The notes below the pieces were generated by a model. The model was not told the origin of the DNA, ran no database searches, and was given only the letters and a program-made list of their open reading frames with translations. The position numbers were made by a program, and so were the translations under genes. This document shows, one piece after another, positions 29,571-38,789 of a stretch of 64,000 nt of DNA. Source of the DNA: Chloroflexota bacterium (GTDB lineage Bacteria; Chloroflexota; UBA11872; VXOZ01); NCBI GenBank assembly GCA_964291655.2, contig OZ219802.1, forward strand, positions 800,001-864,000. The letters run 5' to 3'. Position 1 is the first letter of the stretch; every line of letters begins with the position of its first letter.

Positions 29571-29933
29571 CCGTTCGTGCTGAGCCTATCGAAGCGCAAC
29601 CCATAGCCCGTTCGCGCTGAGCCTGTCGAAGCGCAACTCATAGCCCGTTCGCGCTGAGCCTGTCGAAGCGCAACTCAATAGGCCGTTCGCGCTGAGCCTG
29701 TCAAAGCGCAACCCATAGCCCGTCCGCGCTGAGCCTGTCGATGCGCAACCCATAGGCCATTCGCGCTGAGCCTGTCGAAGCGCAACCCATAGGCCGTTCG
29801 CGCTGAACCTGTCGAAGCGCAACCCATAGGCCATTCGCGCTGAGCCTGTCGAAGCGCAACTCAATAGCCCGTTCGTGCTGAGCCTGTCGAAGCGCGACCC
29901 ATAACCCCGTTCGCGCTGAGCCTGTCGAAGCGC
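29571..29933. repeat. Tandem array of 10 x 37-38-nt units (CCGTTCGCGCTGAGCCTGTCGAAGCGCAACCCATAG)
   Basis: Ten units counted directly; inverted single copy at 29437-29462. Confidence 0.92.
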
Positions 29934-30015
29934 TCTGCAGCGCGTCTCGACGCAACTTGACCTATTCTGCAAACTAGCCGCTCTTACCAGAATCCCATCG
30001 GAGGAAGGAAAAAAC

Positions 30016-31461
30016 GTGCTCCACGCCGGTGTCGGACGCACTACACTCACACCCCCGCTTGGCACGCCGCTCATTGGTTACGGCGGACGCGAGCGCGGCG
30101 CGGACGCCATCCGTGACGACATCTACGCCACGTCATTGGTGCTCTCAGATGGCAACACGACGGTAGCTCTCATCACCTGCGACCTCTGCGCGCTGCCCAT
30201 GCAGCAGGTGTGCTACGTGCAGCGACTGATCCAGGAGCGCACCGGCATCCCGCCCGAACATGTAATGCTCAACACTTCTCACGCCCATGCGGGACCGCTC
30301 ACAACGTACAACGAGAAAACTCCTGAGAGCCTGCGACGGGTCGTGTTGACGCTGCTCGACGCGATTGCAGAGTCAGTTGTCCAAGCAGCGGCAGCTCTTG
30401 TGCCGTGCTGGATTGCGGTTGGCAAGGGATCTGTGCAGGCGAGCATTAACCGGCGCGCTCGCAACGGCTACAGCGATGCCGTCACGCCGGAGTACCCCGA
30501 GGGCACGGTGGACCCGGCCCTCGACATAGTACGCATTGATGGGGTTGACGGTACGCCGCTGGCCGTCCTCACGAGTTACGCCTGCCACCCGGTGGCGCTG
30601 CGCCCGCCGAGCCATGCCATTTCGGCGGACTTCGTCTGCGCCCTGCGGGAGACCGTTGAGCCGGGGGTCAGCGTGCCTTTGCTCTTCGCCCAAGGCGCTG
30701 CCGGCAACCTGGTGCCTATCGGCCCTGACATGGAGATGGAAAAGCGGCTCAATCTAACCGGGCAAATGCTCGGCGCGGAAGCCCTGCGGGTGTACGCATC
30801 GCTTGGCGCGGAAGCCAATCACAATCTCGAATCACCTGCAGCGCCCGGCGCGGACACTCCAAGTTCTCACGAACCCTGCGCAGCGCCCGGCGGGGAAGCA
30901 GTCCAGGCAAACGAATCAACCACTTCGCCAGGCGCGGAAGCACATCGGCCCAACAGTTCGCGTAGCGCGAGTTCCCTCGGCGTGTCCGAACTGTCTGCAT
31001 CTACCGGCGGCAAATTGAACCCACTGCCGCGTCCGGCGCTCGCCGCCGCGTCCGAGGTCCTCTTACTCGATCTCTGGACGGACCAGCCACCCCTTGAAGA
31101 CGCAGCAAGGTCTCACCAGACGTTCCCGTACCTCGCCCCGCCGCTCGTCGACGGCAAGGTGGAATGCGCCGTGCAAACCCTGCGCATCGGCGACGTGGCG
31201 ATCGTAGGTGTTGCCGGCGAAGCCTTCGTCGAGATTGGCCTCGCCGTGAAAGCGCGCTCACCCGTCCCCCACACCGTCTTCCTGGGCTACACCAACGGCT
31301 GTCTGGGCTATATACCCATCGCCGCCGCTTACGAACCCGGCGGCTACGAGGTCCACCGCGCCCACGCCGTCTACCGCCTACCCCACACCATCGCCCCAGA
31401 CAGCGCAGACAGAGTCATCACCGTCAGCCTTGAACTCTTGGCAAGGATCTATCGAGAATAA
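30016..31461 (+). CDS. Neutral/alkaline ceramidase-like hydrolase
   Basis: AGVGR..LTP, GYGGR, DDIYA, SHAHAGP, YACHP, ISADF, QGAAGN, GEAF, GYTNG..GYIP, GGYE. Confidence 0.8.
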   Translation: MLHAGVGRTTLTPPLGTPLIGYGGRERGADAIRDDIYATSLVLSDGNTTVALITCDLCALPMQQVCYVQRLIQERTGIPPEHVMLNTSHAHAGPLTTYNEKTPESLRRVVLTLLDAIAESVVQAAAALVPCWIAVGKGSVQASINRRARNGYSDAVTPEYPEGTVDPALDIVRIDGVDGTPLAVLTSYACHPVALRPPSHAISADFVCALRETVEPGVSVPLLFAQGAAGNLVPIGPDMEMEKRLNLTGQMLGAEALRVYASLGAEANHNLESPAAPGADTPSSHEPCAAPGGEAVQANESTTSPGAEAHRPNSSRSASSLGVSELSASTGGKLNPLPRPALAAASEVLLLDLWTDQPPLEDAARSHQTFPYLAPPLVDGKVECAVQTLRIGDVAIVGVAGEAFVEIGLAVKARSPVPHTVFLGYTNGCLGYIPIAAAYEPGGYEVHRAHAVYRLPHTIAPDSADRVITVSLELLARIYRE

Positions 31462-31559
31462 GACTAGTTGGCTAGCTAGATCTGCTTCTTCACAAATGAC
31501 TTTGAAGAGTGTGCTGTATACACCCAATGGAACAACGATCTGCATCGCAGAGTCTGGTG

Positions 31560-31727
31560 CTAGTTCGATTGAGAGGGTCTGCTCGACTTTGAGGAGCTGG
31601 GCTTTGGACTAGGGGGAGTATTGCCGCCCGGAGGCTTGGGTGGAGGTTGATACCCAGAAGGTAATTGCTTTGGCCCCCTACCCTTCTTTATTACAACTCT
31701 CTGCTTGTTTTCACGTTTGCCTTCCAT
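31560..31727 (-). CDS. Small 55-aa basic Pro/Ser-rich hypothetical peptide
   Basis: AAGGAG RBS before ATG at 31727; follows 31753-32397 on the same strand. Confidence 0.45.
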   Translation of the reverse strand: MEGKRENKQRVVIKKGRGPKQLPSGYQPPPKPPGGNTPPSPKPSSSKSSRPSQSN

Positions 31728-31752
31728 CGCGCACTCCTTGGGCAGTTTCTCT

Positions 31753-32397
31753 TCAATACGTCTCAATTATATCAAGCACTGTTGTGGCACCCCACCCCTC
31801 AGCCGCCCGATCACCTCGCGAATGGACTGAATTATAGAAATATGTGTATATCATGACTGATTCAACCTCTTCTGAGACAAGGAACTCGATTGTCTCTGGA
31901 TGCATTTCACCGGGCTCCACTATCAGTTCACTCTCATGCCACTCGCGCTGTATGTTATGTAGAATTGGCCACTGGATGTCGTCAACCTCCATTTGCAGGA
32001 ATACACCAGCATATAGGGCCTCTACATCCTCATCCGATGTCGGGGACACCTTCTGCAAAACGAAGAATCCATCACGGAGCTCTACTTGGACCCTGGAGTT
32101 ATTCCGTAGGGTGGCGGTCACAGCGATGTGTACATAACTCTCACCGACTCGCCGGTAAGACACGTCGTGCATTATCGTCAAGTGCGGCTCGGACTCTCGG
32201 AATACCTGCCACTTGTAAGCGGCAAAGAGCCCACCGGCGACAATGGCAAGAATCGTGACAGAAGACTGGATAGCCCTTAGCACATCCCCAGGCGCAACCG
32301 TGTCGGGAGCAATAGCGAGTGCCACAAGAATAACCCCGCACAACACCGCCAAGCCCGCCACAACTGTTATTGCAAGTCCTTTGTCTACCTTGCCCAT
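31753..32397 (-). CDS. Hypothetical membrane protein (2 N-terminal TM helices and a soluble beta-rich domain)
   Basis: Long ORF in a lower-GC patch with hydrophobic segments; no recognised motif. Confidence 0.65.
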   Translation of the reverse strand: MGKVDKGLAITVVAGLAVLCGVILVALAIAPDTVAPGDVLRAIQSSVTILAIVAGGLFAAYKWQVFRESEPHLTIMHDVSYRRVGESYVHIAVTATLRNNSRVQVELRDGFFVLQKVSPTSDEDVEALYAGVFLQMEVDDIQWPILHNIQREWHESELIVEPGEMHPETIEFLVSEEVESVMIYTYFYNSVHSRGDRAAEGWGATTVLDIIETY

Positions 32398-32540
32398 GCA
32401 GTCTCTTTTCCCGCATCGTAGTTCCAATACAGCATGTTCCCATACACTGTATTATACTGCTCCTCCAAACTATCACAATCGCTGGACATTCAGGCCCATT
32501 GATGCAAGTAGCCATCGCCATTCCTATCTAACTCTTTGGT

Positions 32541-33329
32541 CTAGCTGCTCGCACTGGAGTACTTGGTCAGCGCCAGGCGCCAGAAGAGGTGAGAGAGGAC
32601 CAAGAGCCCGGCGGTCATGGCGACGGCAGCGAGGGCGAAGATGGGGCTGAGGAGGCCCATGAGGGCTTGGCTGGGGACCATGGCTATGAAGGCCACCGGC
32701 AGCACGAACGTCAAGCCGATGCGGAGCGCGCCGCGAAAGACGTCGGTGGGTACGCGGGAGGCCTCGATGAGGTTGTAATAGAGGTGTCCCACGTTGTTGA
32801 GGCGCCCCACGAAGAACGTCACCGAAATGATGATGAACCAGAGCGAATAAGCAATCAGGCACGCACACACCACCATCCCGAGATAGAGCAGCGCCCCGAT
32901 CCACGTCACCGGCTGCGCGAGCAGGCTGATCGCGTACCACAACACACCGCCGCCGATCACCACCTGCACCAGCGGGTCCCAATCGAACTTGCGGGTGGAG
33001 ACATAGAAGCGCGTATTCACCGGCTTGCTCAGCACGAAGTCCAATTCGCCGCGATTGATCAACCCGGAGAGCGCGTTCATGTTTTCGCCAAAGATCGACT
33101 CCACAACGCCGTCCACGATCATCACCGTAGCCGCCAGCACGAGCATCTGCTCCACGCGCCAGCCGCCGATGGTCTGCACGTGGCCGAAGATGATTTGGAT
33201 TGAGGACACGTAGACCACCGCATAGCAAATGGTCGCGATGCTCCAAACCGTGAAACTCAGCCGGTATTCCAGCGCATTCAGGAATGAGTTCTTGGCAAAG
33301 GCCAGATAGAGGCGCCCGTAGCGCTGCAT
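32541..33329 (-). CDS. ABC-2 family (DUF990-type) permease
   Basis: LEYR, IGGW, GELDFVLSKPVN, FVLPVAFIAMVP. Confidence 0.9.
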   Translation of the reverse strand: MQRYGRLYLAFAKNSFLNALEYRLSFTVWSIATICYAVVYVSSIQIIFGHVQTIGGWRVEQMLVLAATVMIVDGVVESIFGENMNALSGLINRGELDFVLSKPVNTRFYVSTRKFDWDPLVQVVIGGGVLWYAISLLAQPVTWIGALLYLGMVVCACLIAYSLWFIIISVTFFVGRLNNVGHLYYNLIEASRVPTDVFRGALRIGLTFVLPVAFIAMVPSQALMGLLSPIFALAAVAMTAGLLVLSHLFWRLALTKYSSASS

Positions 33330-33332
33330 AGC

Positions 33333-34145
33333 CTAACCTCCGTACGCGCCGTAGCGGCGCACCCCGGCGGCAAACACCCACTGCACGAACAGATAGCACA
33401 CCAGCAGCCATCCCGCTTGTATGGCAAGCGCACTCAGCGCCGATAGAAAGTCAAGGCGGCCCTGCAGCAACTGCACCGGAAAGAAGTACAAGTAGCGGAA
33501 CGGCAGGAAGTGCGTTACGCGCTCCACCCCCGCCGGCATGAGGTCCAAGGGAATGATGCTCCCAGCCAGAAACATAGTAACTACCGCGTATGATTCGATA
33601 ATGCCCGCCGTCTGGCCCACCCAGAACGCCAAGAGGCCCAGGGTCAGCTTAAGGCAATAATTCAGCAAGAACGAAAAAACCATGCTTGCCAGCAGTATCG
33701 GCGCAATCTCCCACCTGAGCGCGAAGCCGCCGAGCACCTCCTGCCCAAACAGCAAAAAGAAGAGCAGCAGCATCGGCACGAGAAAGACCACCCGCACGCC
33801 CTTGAACGCGACCTCAACCGCAAGCTGCCACAGTTGGTAGGGGAACGGGCGGACAAGGTGCGCGGAAAAGGCGCCGCTGCGGATCCAATCGCCCGTATTC
33901 CACTCCAGATGCGGCGTCAGCAGGTTGCTCAATATCAAGAACATGACGTAGTAGTTCACCATGTCCTGCACGGTGTATTCACCGATACGGTCTACGGTGC
34001 GGTACGCCGCCAGCCAGAGGGCGATCATGATGAGCGGTATAATCGCCTCGCCGATGAACCAGACGAGACTCTCGGCGCGATATATCAAGGACTCTTGCCA
34101 GGAGGCCAGGAAGACCGCGCGTAGCTTACGAAGCGACTTCAGCAT
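33333..34145 (-). CDS. ABC-2 family (DUF990-type) permease
   Basis: IYRAE, IRSGAFSAHLVRP, LAGSIIPLDLMP, LPFRYLYFFP; start at ATG 34145 overlapping the ATPase 3' end. Confidence 0.9.
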   Translation of the reverse strand: MLKSLRKLRAVFLASWQESLIYRAESLVWFIGEAIIPLIMIALWLAAYRTVDRIGEYTVQDMVNYYVMFLILSNLLTPHLEWNTGDWIRSGAFSAHLVRPFPYQLWQLAVEVAFKGVRVVFLVPMLLLFFLLFGQEVLGGFALRWEIAPILLASMVFSFLLNYCLKLTLGLLAFWVGQTAGIIESYAVVTMFLAGSIIPLDLMPAGVERVTHFLPFRYLYFFPVQLLQGRLDFLSALSALAIQAGWLLVCYLFVQWVFAAGVRRYGAYGG

Positions 34146-35127
34146 GCGCGGGCTTTCCGCCGGAAAAGAGCTGGCGCACCACATCGTCGACTTCGGGTTC
34201 GACGATGTTGAGATCGAGGACAGGGTAGTCCTGCAAGAGTTGCGCGGAGACCTGCGGCACGGCATCGCGGGCGATACGCAACGTGGTAGTGCGCGGACGG
34301 TGCCGCAGCACATCGCCAAAGCCTGATAGTTCGGCTTCCGTTACCGGTGTTTCAAACGTCACGGTCATGAACTTGTAGTCGGCGTAGCGGCGCACCACCG
34401 TTTCCAGATCGCCGTCGAAAACGAGGTGGCCGTGGTCGATGATGAGCACCCGGTCACAGAGCGCCTCCACGTCGCGCATGTAGTGGCTCGTGAGGATGAC
34501 CGTCGCGCCGTAGCGCGCGTTGTACTCGCGCACGAAGTTACGGATATTCTGCTGCATCACCACGTCGAGGCCGATGGTCGGCTCGTCCAGGAAAAGCACC
34601 TGCGGCCGGTGGAGCAAGGCAGCCAGCAACTCGCATTTCATCCGCTCGCCCAGCGAGAGCTTCCGCGCCTGCACGTTGATGACCTGCTCGAGTTCCAAGA
34701 TCTTCACGAGCTCATCCAGCGTTTCCCGGAATTGCGCGTCCGGTACCTCGTAAATCTCCTTATTGATAAGGAAGGTTTCCATGGGTGGCAGGTCCCACCA
34801 GACCTGGTTCTTCTGTCCCATCACCAAGGCAAAGCGCCGTTGAAAGTCGGCCTGGCGCTGCCACGGTGTGTAGCCCAGCACGGAAACCTCGCCGCCGGTG
34901 GGATAGAGCAGACCGGAAAGCACCTTCAGGGTCGTCGTCTTGCCCGCGCCGTTGGGCCCCAGAAAGCCGACCAGTTCACCGCTCTCGATTGAGAACGAGA
35001 TGTCATCCACCGCCTTCACGTCGTAGGTCTTGCGCAGCACAAACGACTTCAGCGAGCCCACCAGTCCCGGCTCTTTCTGGTGGACCTGATAGTATTTGGA
35101 AAGATTCTGCACGGATATTGCGGTCAC
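34126..35127 (-). CDS. ABC transporter ATP-binding protein
   Basis: GPNGAGKTT, LSLGERMK, LFLDEPTIGLD, TSH. Confidence 0.95.
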   Translation of the reverse strand: MTAISVQNLSKYYQVHQKEPGLVGSLKSFVLRKTYDVKAVDDISFSIESGELVGFLGPNGAGKTTTLKVLSGLLYPTGGEVSVLGYTPWQRQADFQRRFALVMGQKNQVWWDLPPMETFLINKEIYEVPDAQFRETLDELVKILELEQVINVQARKLSLGERMKCELLAALLHRPQVLFLDEPTIGLDVVMQQNIRNFVREYNARYGATVILTSHYMRDVEALCDRVLIIDHGHLVFDGDLETVVRRYADYKFMTVTFETPVTEAELSGFGDVLRHRPRTTTLRIARDAVPQVSAQLLQDYPVLDLNIVEPEVDDVVRQLFSGGKPAHAEVAS

Positions 35128-35517
35128 AATGGCGAAGTTTGTCTCTCTTGATGCAGTGAATCAATGTGGGGTTAGCGGCGATGCACACCGTACCGATCCA
35201 GTTTTCCATTGTGTAGAAAAGTGGGAAGGCGCACCGCAGTCACTAAGATATCCGCCGCTCAATACACCCAGGCGGACTCACATATGCTATTCTAGCACGT
35301 ACCTTAAGCACTTCTAGGGTGAAAGGCAGCGGCTCTCCACCCCGCTGATCTCAGTCTTAGAGACGAACTTACAATAGCTAGGCTGCCAAGTCCATTTGGA
35401 ATGCGGCTGTTTATGGTTCGATGCTTCGACAGGCTCAGCACGAACGGAAGGTGCGCCTTCCCAAATGAGACCTTTGCATAGCCCCACTTTCAACCAGGGG
35501 CACTCCCTCTCCTGGGA

Positions 35518-36782
35518 TGTACAGACCGGGGACATAGGTAACAGATGTTCGGGTAGATAGGTTACACATTTTGTGCTCTGAGGTCTATGGTTTTTACTCT
35601 TTGGATCGAGAAGTACACGTCCCAGACACCGTCCGTTCGGGTGGGTCGCAGGGCGACTTGCTTGTGCGTGAAGGCCCTGCCCACACGGAGCCGTCTGCCT
35701 TGGAAGGAGATGCGGCCGGAGACATCGACGCTGCGTACGCGGTCGTCGGGAGCGTAGGCGAGGGCAGGCAAGGTCTCTGGGAAAGGGCGAGGACTAGGCG
35801 TGTATCTGGTAATGGGAGTGTCGAGATCGAGGGCATGGTGTGGGCGTTCCAAGTTGTAGAAGTGGCGCCAGGTGTCAAAGGCGCGCTGGCAATGGTCCAG
35901 GTCGGTAAAGGTGGTCCCTGCCAGCAGTTCGCTCTTGAGGGAGCGGTGGAAGCGTTCCAGCTTGCCGAGTGTCTGGGGATGGTAGGGTCGGCTGTGCAGG
36001 ACGTTGATGCCCAGCTGCATGAGCCAGACGGTGAGGGGCGTGAAGGGCTGGGCACTGTCGTTACCCCAGGGAGAGCCGTTGTCCATGAGCATGGCCTGGG
36101 GCAAGCCGTAGCGGCGAAAGACAGCGGTGAGGCGGTCTTGGACCGTCTCTCCCCGCTCGTTGGCACAGGCCTGTAACCCGAGGTTGAAGCGGGAGTGATC
36201 GTCTAGGAGGGTGAGAGGATGACAGCGGTTCTGCTGCATGACGAAATGTCCCTTGAAGTCCATCTGCCACAGCTCGTTGGGCTGGGGTCGTTCGAAGCGC
36301 ACATGGGGCGTGTGCTTGGCGCTCTGGGCTGGATCGATGAGCCCATGGCGTTTGAGAATGGCATTGATGGTGCTCTTGGCCGGCACGTCGGTGACCCCCT
36401 GGTCCTGCAGCATCCGGCGCAGCACGTGTGCGCCTTTCTTCGGATGCGCCAGGCGCAAGGCGATGATGCGCTCCTCCAGCGCCGGGCGCGTGCGGTGCGG
36501 ACACGTGTGCGGCCGCCGCGACCGGTCGTGCAAACCGTCTTCGCCAGCTTTCGCATACCGCTCCAGCGTCTTGTACGCCGTCTTGCGACTGATCTCCAGA
36601 CGGCGACACAGCTCGCTGATGTTGGCCCCTTCCATCAGTGCCAGTGCAATGAACTCCTTGCGTTCAGACACAACCGTACTCTCCTTCCAAGGCATGGCGC
36701 TCCTCCATCTGTAAGAATCTCCATGCCTTAAGGTGTAACCTATGTGCCCGAACATGTGTAACCCATGTACCCGGTCTATACA
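35518..36782 (-). mobile_element. IS481-family insertion sequence (1265 bp)
   Basis: TGT...ACA ends, ~50-nt imperfect IRs with internally repeated GTAAC motifs, single transposase ORF. Confidence 0.93.
35562..36695 (-). CDS. IS481-family DDE transposase
   Basis: MPWKE start, HTH, RSRRPH, PNELWQMDFKG, LDDHSR, MDNGSPW, HPQTLGKLERFH, YNLERPH. Confidence 0.95.
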   Translation of the reverse strand: MPWKESTVVSERKEFIALALMEGANISELCRRLEISRKTAYKTLERYAKAGEDGLHDRSRRPHTCPHRTRPALEERIIALRLAHPKKGAHVLRRMLQDQGVTDVPAKSTINAILKRHGLIDPAQSAKHTPHVRFERPQPNELWQMDFKGHFVMQQNRCHPLTLLDDHSRFNLGLQACANERGETVQDRLTAVFRRYGLPQAMLMDNGSPWGNDSAQPFTPLTVWLMQLGINVLHSRPYHPQTLGKLERFHRSLKSELLAGTTFTDLDHCQRAFDTWRHFYNLERPHHALDLDTPITRYTPSPRPFPETLPALAYAPDDRVRSVDVSGRISFQGRRLRVGRAFTHKQVALRPTRTDGVWDVYFSIQRVKTIDLRAQNV

Positions 36783-37085
36783 GGGGAGAGGGTTGGGGTG
36801 AGGGGGTGTATTTGCTACGATGGCCCTTTACGCTGGGCAGTGTCAAGACGTATCAGGGCGGACTTGGTGTGCATATGGAGAGATTTCAGGATATCCACCC
36901 TCACCCTAGCCCTCTCCCGTCGAGGGAGAGGGAGCTATTTCGCTACCGCTTGAGTTGCGCAAAGGTCTCCGCGTCGAGGGAGAGGGGACATCCGCGCTGT
37001 GGCGAGGGTTATGCAAAGGTCTCAAAATGGAGAGACCGGCCGACACGTAGTACGTGTGCAAAGAGAGTTAGCAAGAAGGTCTCAG

Positions 37086-37718
37086 GTGAATACGAAGCCA
37101 CAATCGGAAGGGTTTGCAGCCACGCCGCCGCTCGAAAATATCGTTGGCGAGAAAGTTGCTTTGGGCCCGCAGGGCAAAGATCTGAGCCCGCTCTTCGCAC
37201 GCTGGTATAACGACTTTCGCACCCTGAGCAGGCTGGGAGTTCCAGTCCAACCGTGGACCGCAGATCAGGAAGCGCAGCGGAATGAGCGTTTGACCGCGCC
37301 CAATGAGGCGGAAATTGACTTTGCGATATATGAGCGGTCTAGCGGACGCCCCATCGGCGTTACCGGTATAGGCGTTGACTATCGCAACCGCACTGCCGAA
37401 TTCGGCATCATCATTGGCGAGCCGGACGCCCGCGGCAAAGGCTATGGCACGGAGACGGCGCAACTAATGCTCGATTATGCGTTCACCGCACTCGGCTTAC
37501 ATAGCGTGAAGCTCACCGTCCACGCTTACAACGTGGCCGGTATCCGTGCCTACACGAAAGCCGGCTTCAAGCAGTATGGGCGCCGTCGCGAGAAGATATC
37601 CATGGGCGGCAAGCGCTGGGACGAGATTCACATGGAGTGCCTGTCAACAGAGTGGGGGCCAAGCCCCGTGCTGGCCGAGGTCTTCCAGCCGGACGAACCG
37701 CGCCCGAGGCCCTGGTAG
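37086..37718 (+). CDS. RimJ/RimL/SpeG-like GNAT acetyltransferase, copy 1
   Basis: NIVGEKVALGP, RTAEFGIIIGEPDARGKGYGTE, YTKAGF. Confidence 0.9.
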   Translation: MNTKPQSEGFAATPPLENIVGEKVALGPQGKDLSPLFARWYNDFRTLSRLGVPVQPWTADQEAQRNERLTAPNEAEIDFAIYERSSGRPIGVTGIGVDYRNRTAEFGIIIGEPDARGKGYGTETAQLMLDYAFTALGLHSVKLTVHAYNVAGIRAYTKAGFKQYGRRREKISMGGKRWDEIHMECLSTEWGPSPVLAEVFQPDEPRPRPW

Positions 37719-37911
37719 TGGTTTCCGTTCGCCCGGAGCTTGTCGAAGGGTCGAAGGGCAATTCGTAAAATAGTTAAGCGCCCTGCTCACTCACAGCCGT
37801 TCACGCGTATGTACTTCGGCAGGCTCAATACGAACGAGGTGGTCGGAGGAGCCTGAGGAGCGCAATGATACCAGACTGGAATTGCAGCTACGTGGGTCTC
37901 AAGTGAAAACG

Positions 37912-38538
37912 ATGCCACAAGCAGAACCACAGGAAGTAACGCCGGTCTTGAACCTGGTGGGTGAGAAGGTCGCGCTGGGGCCATTGCGCAAGGACCTGGT
38001 GCCAACCTACACCCGGTGGTACAACAGCTTCTACACACTGCGCACGCTCGGCGCGACGCCGCTGCCGCTTACCTTGGAGCAGGATGAACGGCAGCATGAA
38101 CGCCTGATAGCGAATGCCAAGACCGATATCTCATTCACGATTTACGAGCGATGCGGCTCCCGTCCTATCGGCAATGCGGGCCTCCTCGACGTTGACTATC
38201 GCAACCGCACGGCTGAGCTCGCCCTCGCCATTGCAGAACCGGACGCCCGCGGCAAGGGCTATGGCACGGAAACCACCCAACTCGTGGTTGACTATGCGTT
38301 TACGGCACTGGGCTTGCACAACGTGATGCTCACGGTGTTTGAGTACAATCTTGCCGGCATCCGTGTTTACAATAAGACCGGCTTCAAGGAGTTTGGCCGC
38401 CGACGCGAGAGTGTCTTCATGGGCGGCAAGCTCTGGGACATGATTCTCATGGACTGCTTGTCATCTGAGTGGGGACCGAGCCCCGTGCTGGCACAGGTCT
38501 TCAAGCCGGACAAGCCGCGACCGTCTCGCGAGGAATAA
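37912..38538 (+). CDS. RimJ/RimL/SpeG-like GNAT acetyltransferase, copy 2
   Basis: Same motifs; start may be GTG 37903. Confidence 0.9.
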   Translation: MPQAEPQEVTPVLNLVGEKVALGPLRKDLVPTYTRWYNSFYTLRTLGATPLPLTLEQDERQHERLIANAKTDISFTIYERCGSRPIGNAGLLDVDYRNRTAELALAIAEPDARGKGYGTETTQLVVDYAFTALGLHNVMLTVFEYNLAGIRVYNKTGFKEFGRRRESVFMGGKLWDMILMDCLSSEWGPSPVLAQVFKPDKPRPSREE

Positions 38539-38789
38539 GCCTCCGTTCGCCTCCGTAGCGTGTAGATACGCCGTATCGAGCACGGGGCAGGCCCTGAGCG
38601 TGCCTGTCCTGGTCGAAGGGCGAAACACGGCAACCTGCAAATCTCAGAGCGCTCTTGGCCGATCAAAAAACGGAGATTAGACCTACACTAAGCAAGCAGA
38701 CTTAGTCCTCGCGGCACTTTCTGGCCCACAGTAAGAAGACGGTGCCGCCCAATGCGACCGGTCATTTCAAGCACACAGGAAAATTACCT

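Larger units (their letters stand above)
35467..37023. mobile_element. MITE-like element with GAGACCTTTGCA termini, interrupted by the IS481 element
   Basis: IRs GAGACCTTTGCATAGCCC (35467) / GGGTTATGCAAAGGTCTC (37006-37023), extra right end at ~36957-36969; degenerate relatives without the IS at ~40158-40332 and ~42444-42717. Confidence 0.55.

Noticed and set aside
29571-29933. CRISPR array
   Set aside because: The 'spacers' are 11-12 nt and nearly identical, the repeat is dispersed throughout the window, and no cas genes are present.
29586-30074. Repetitive ORFs 'LRFDRLSANG' / 'CASTGSARTG'
   Set aside because: Translations of the non-coding tandem repeat.
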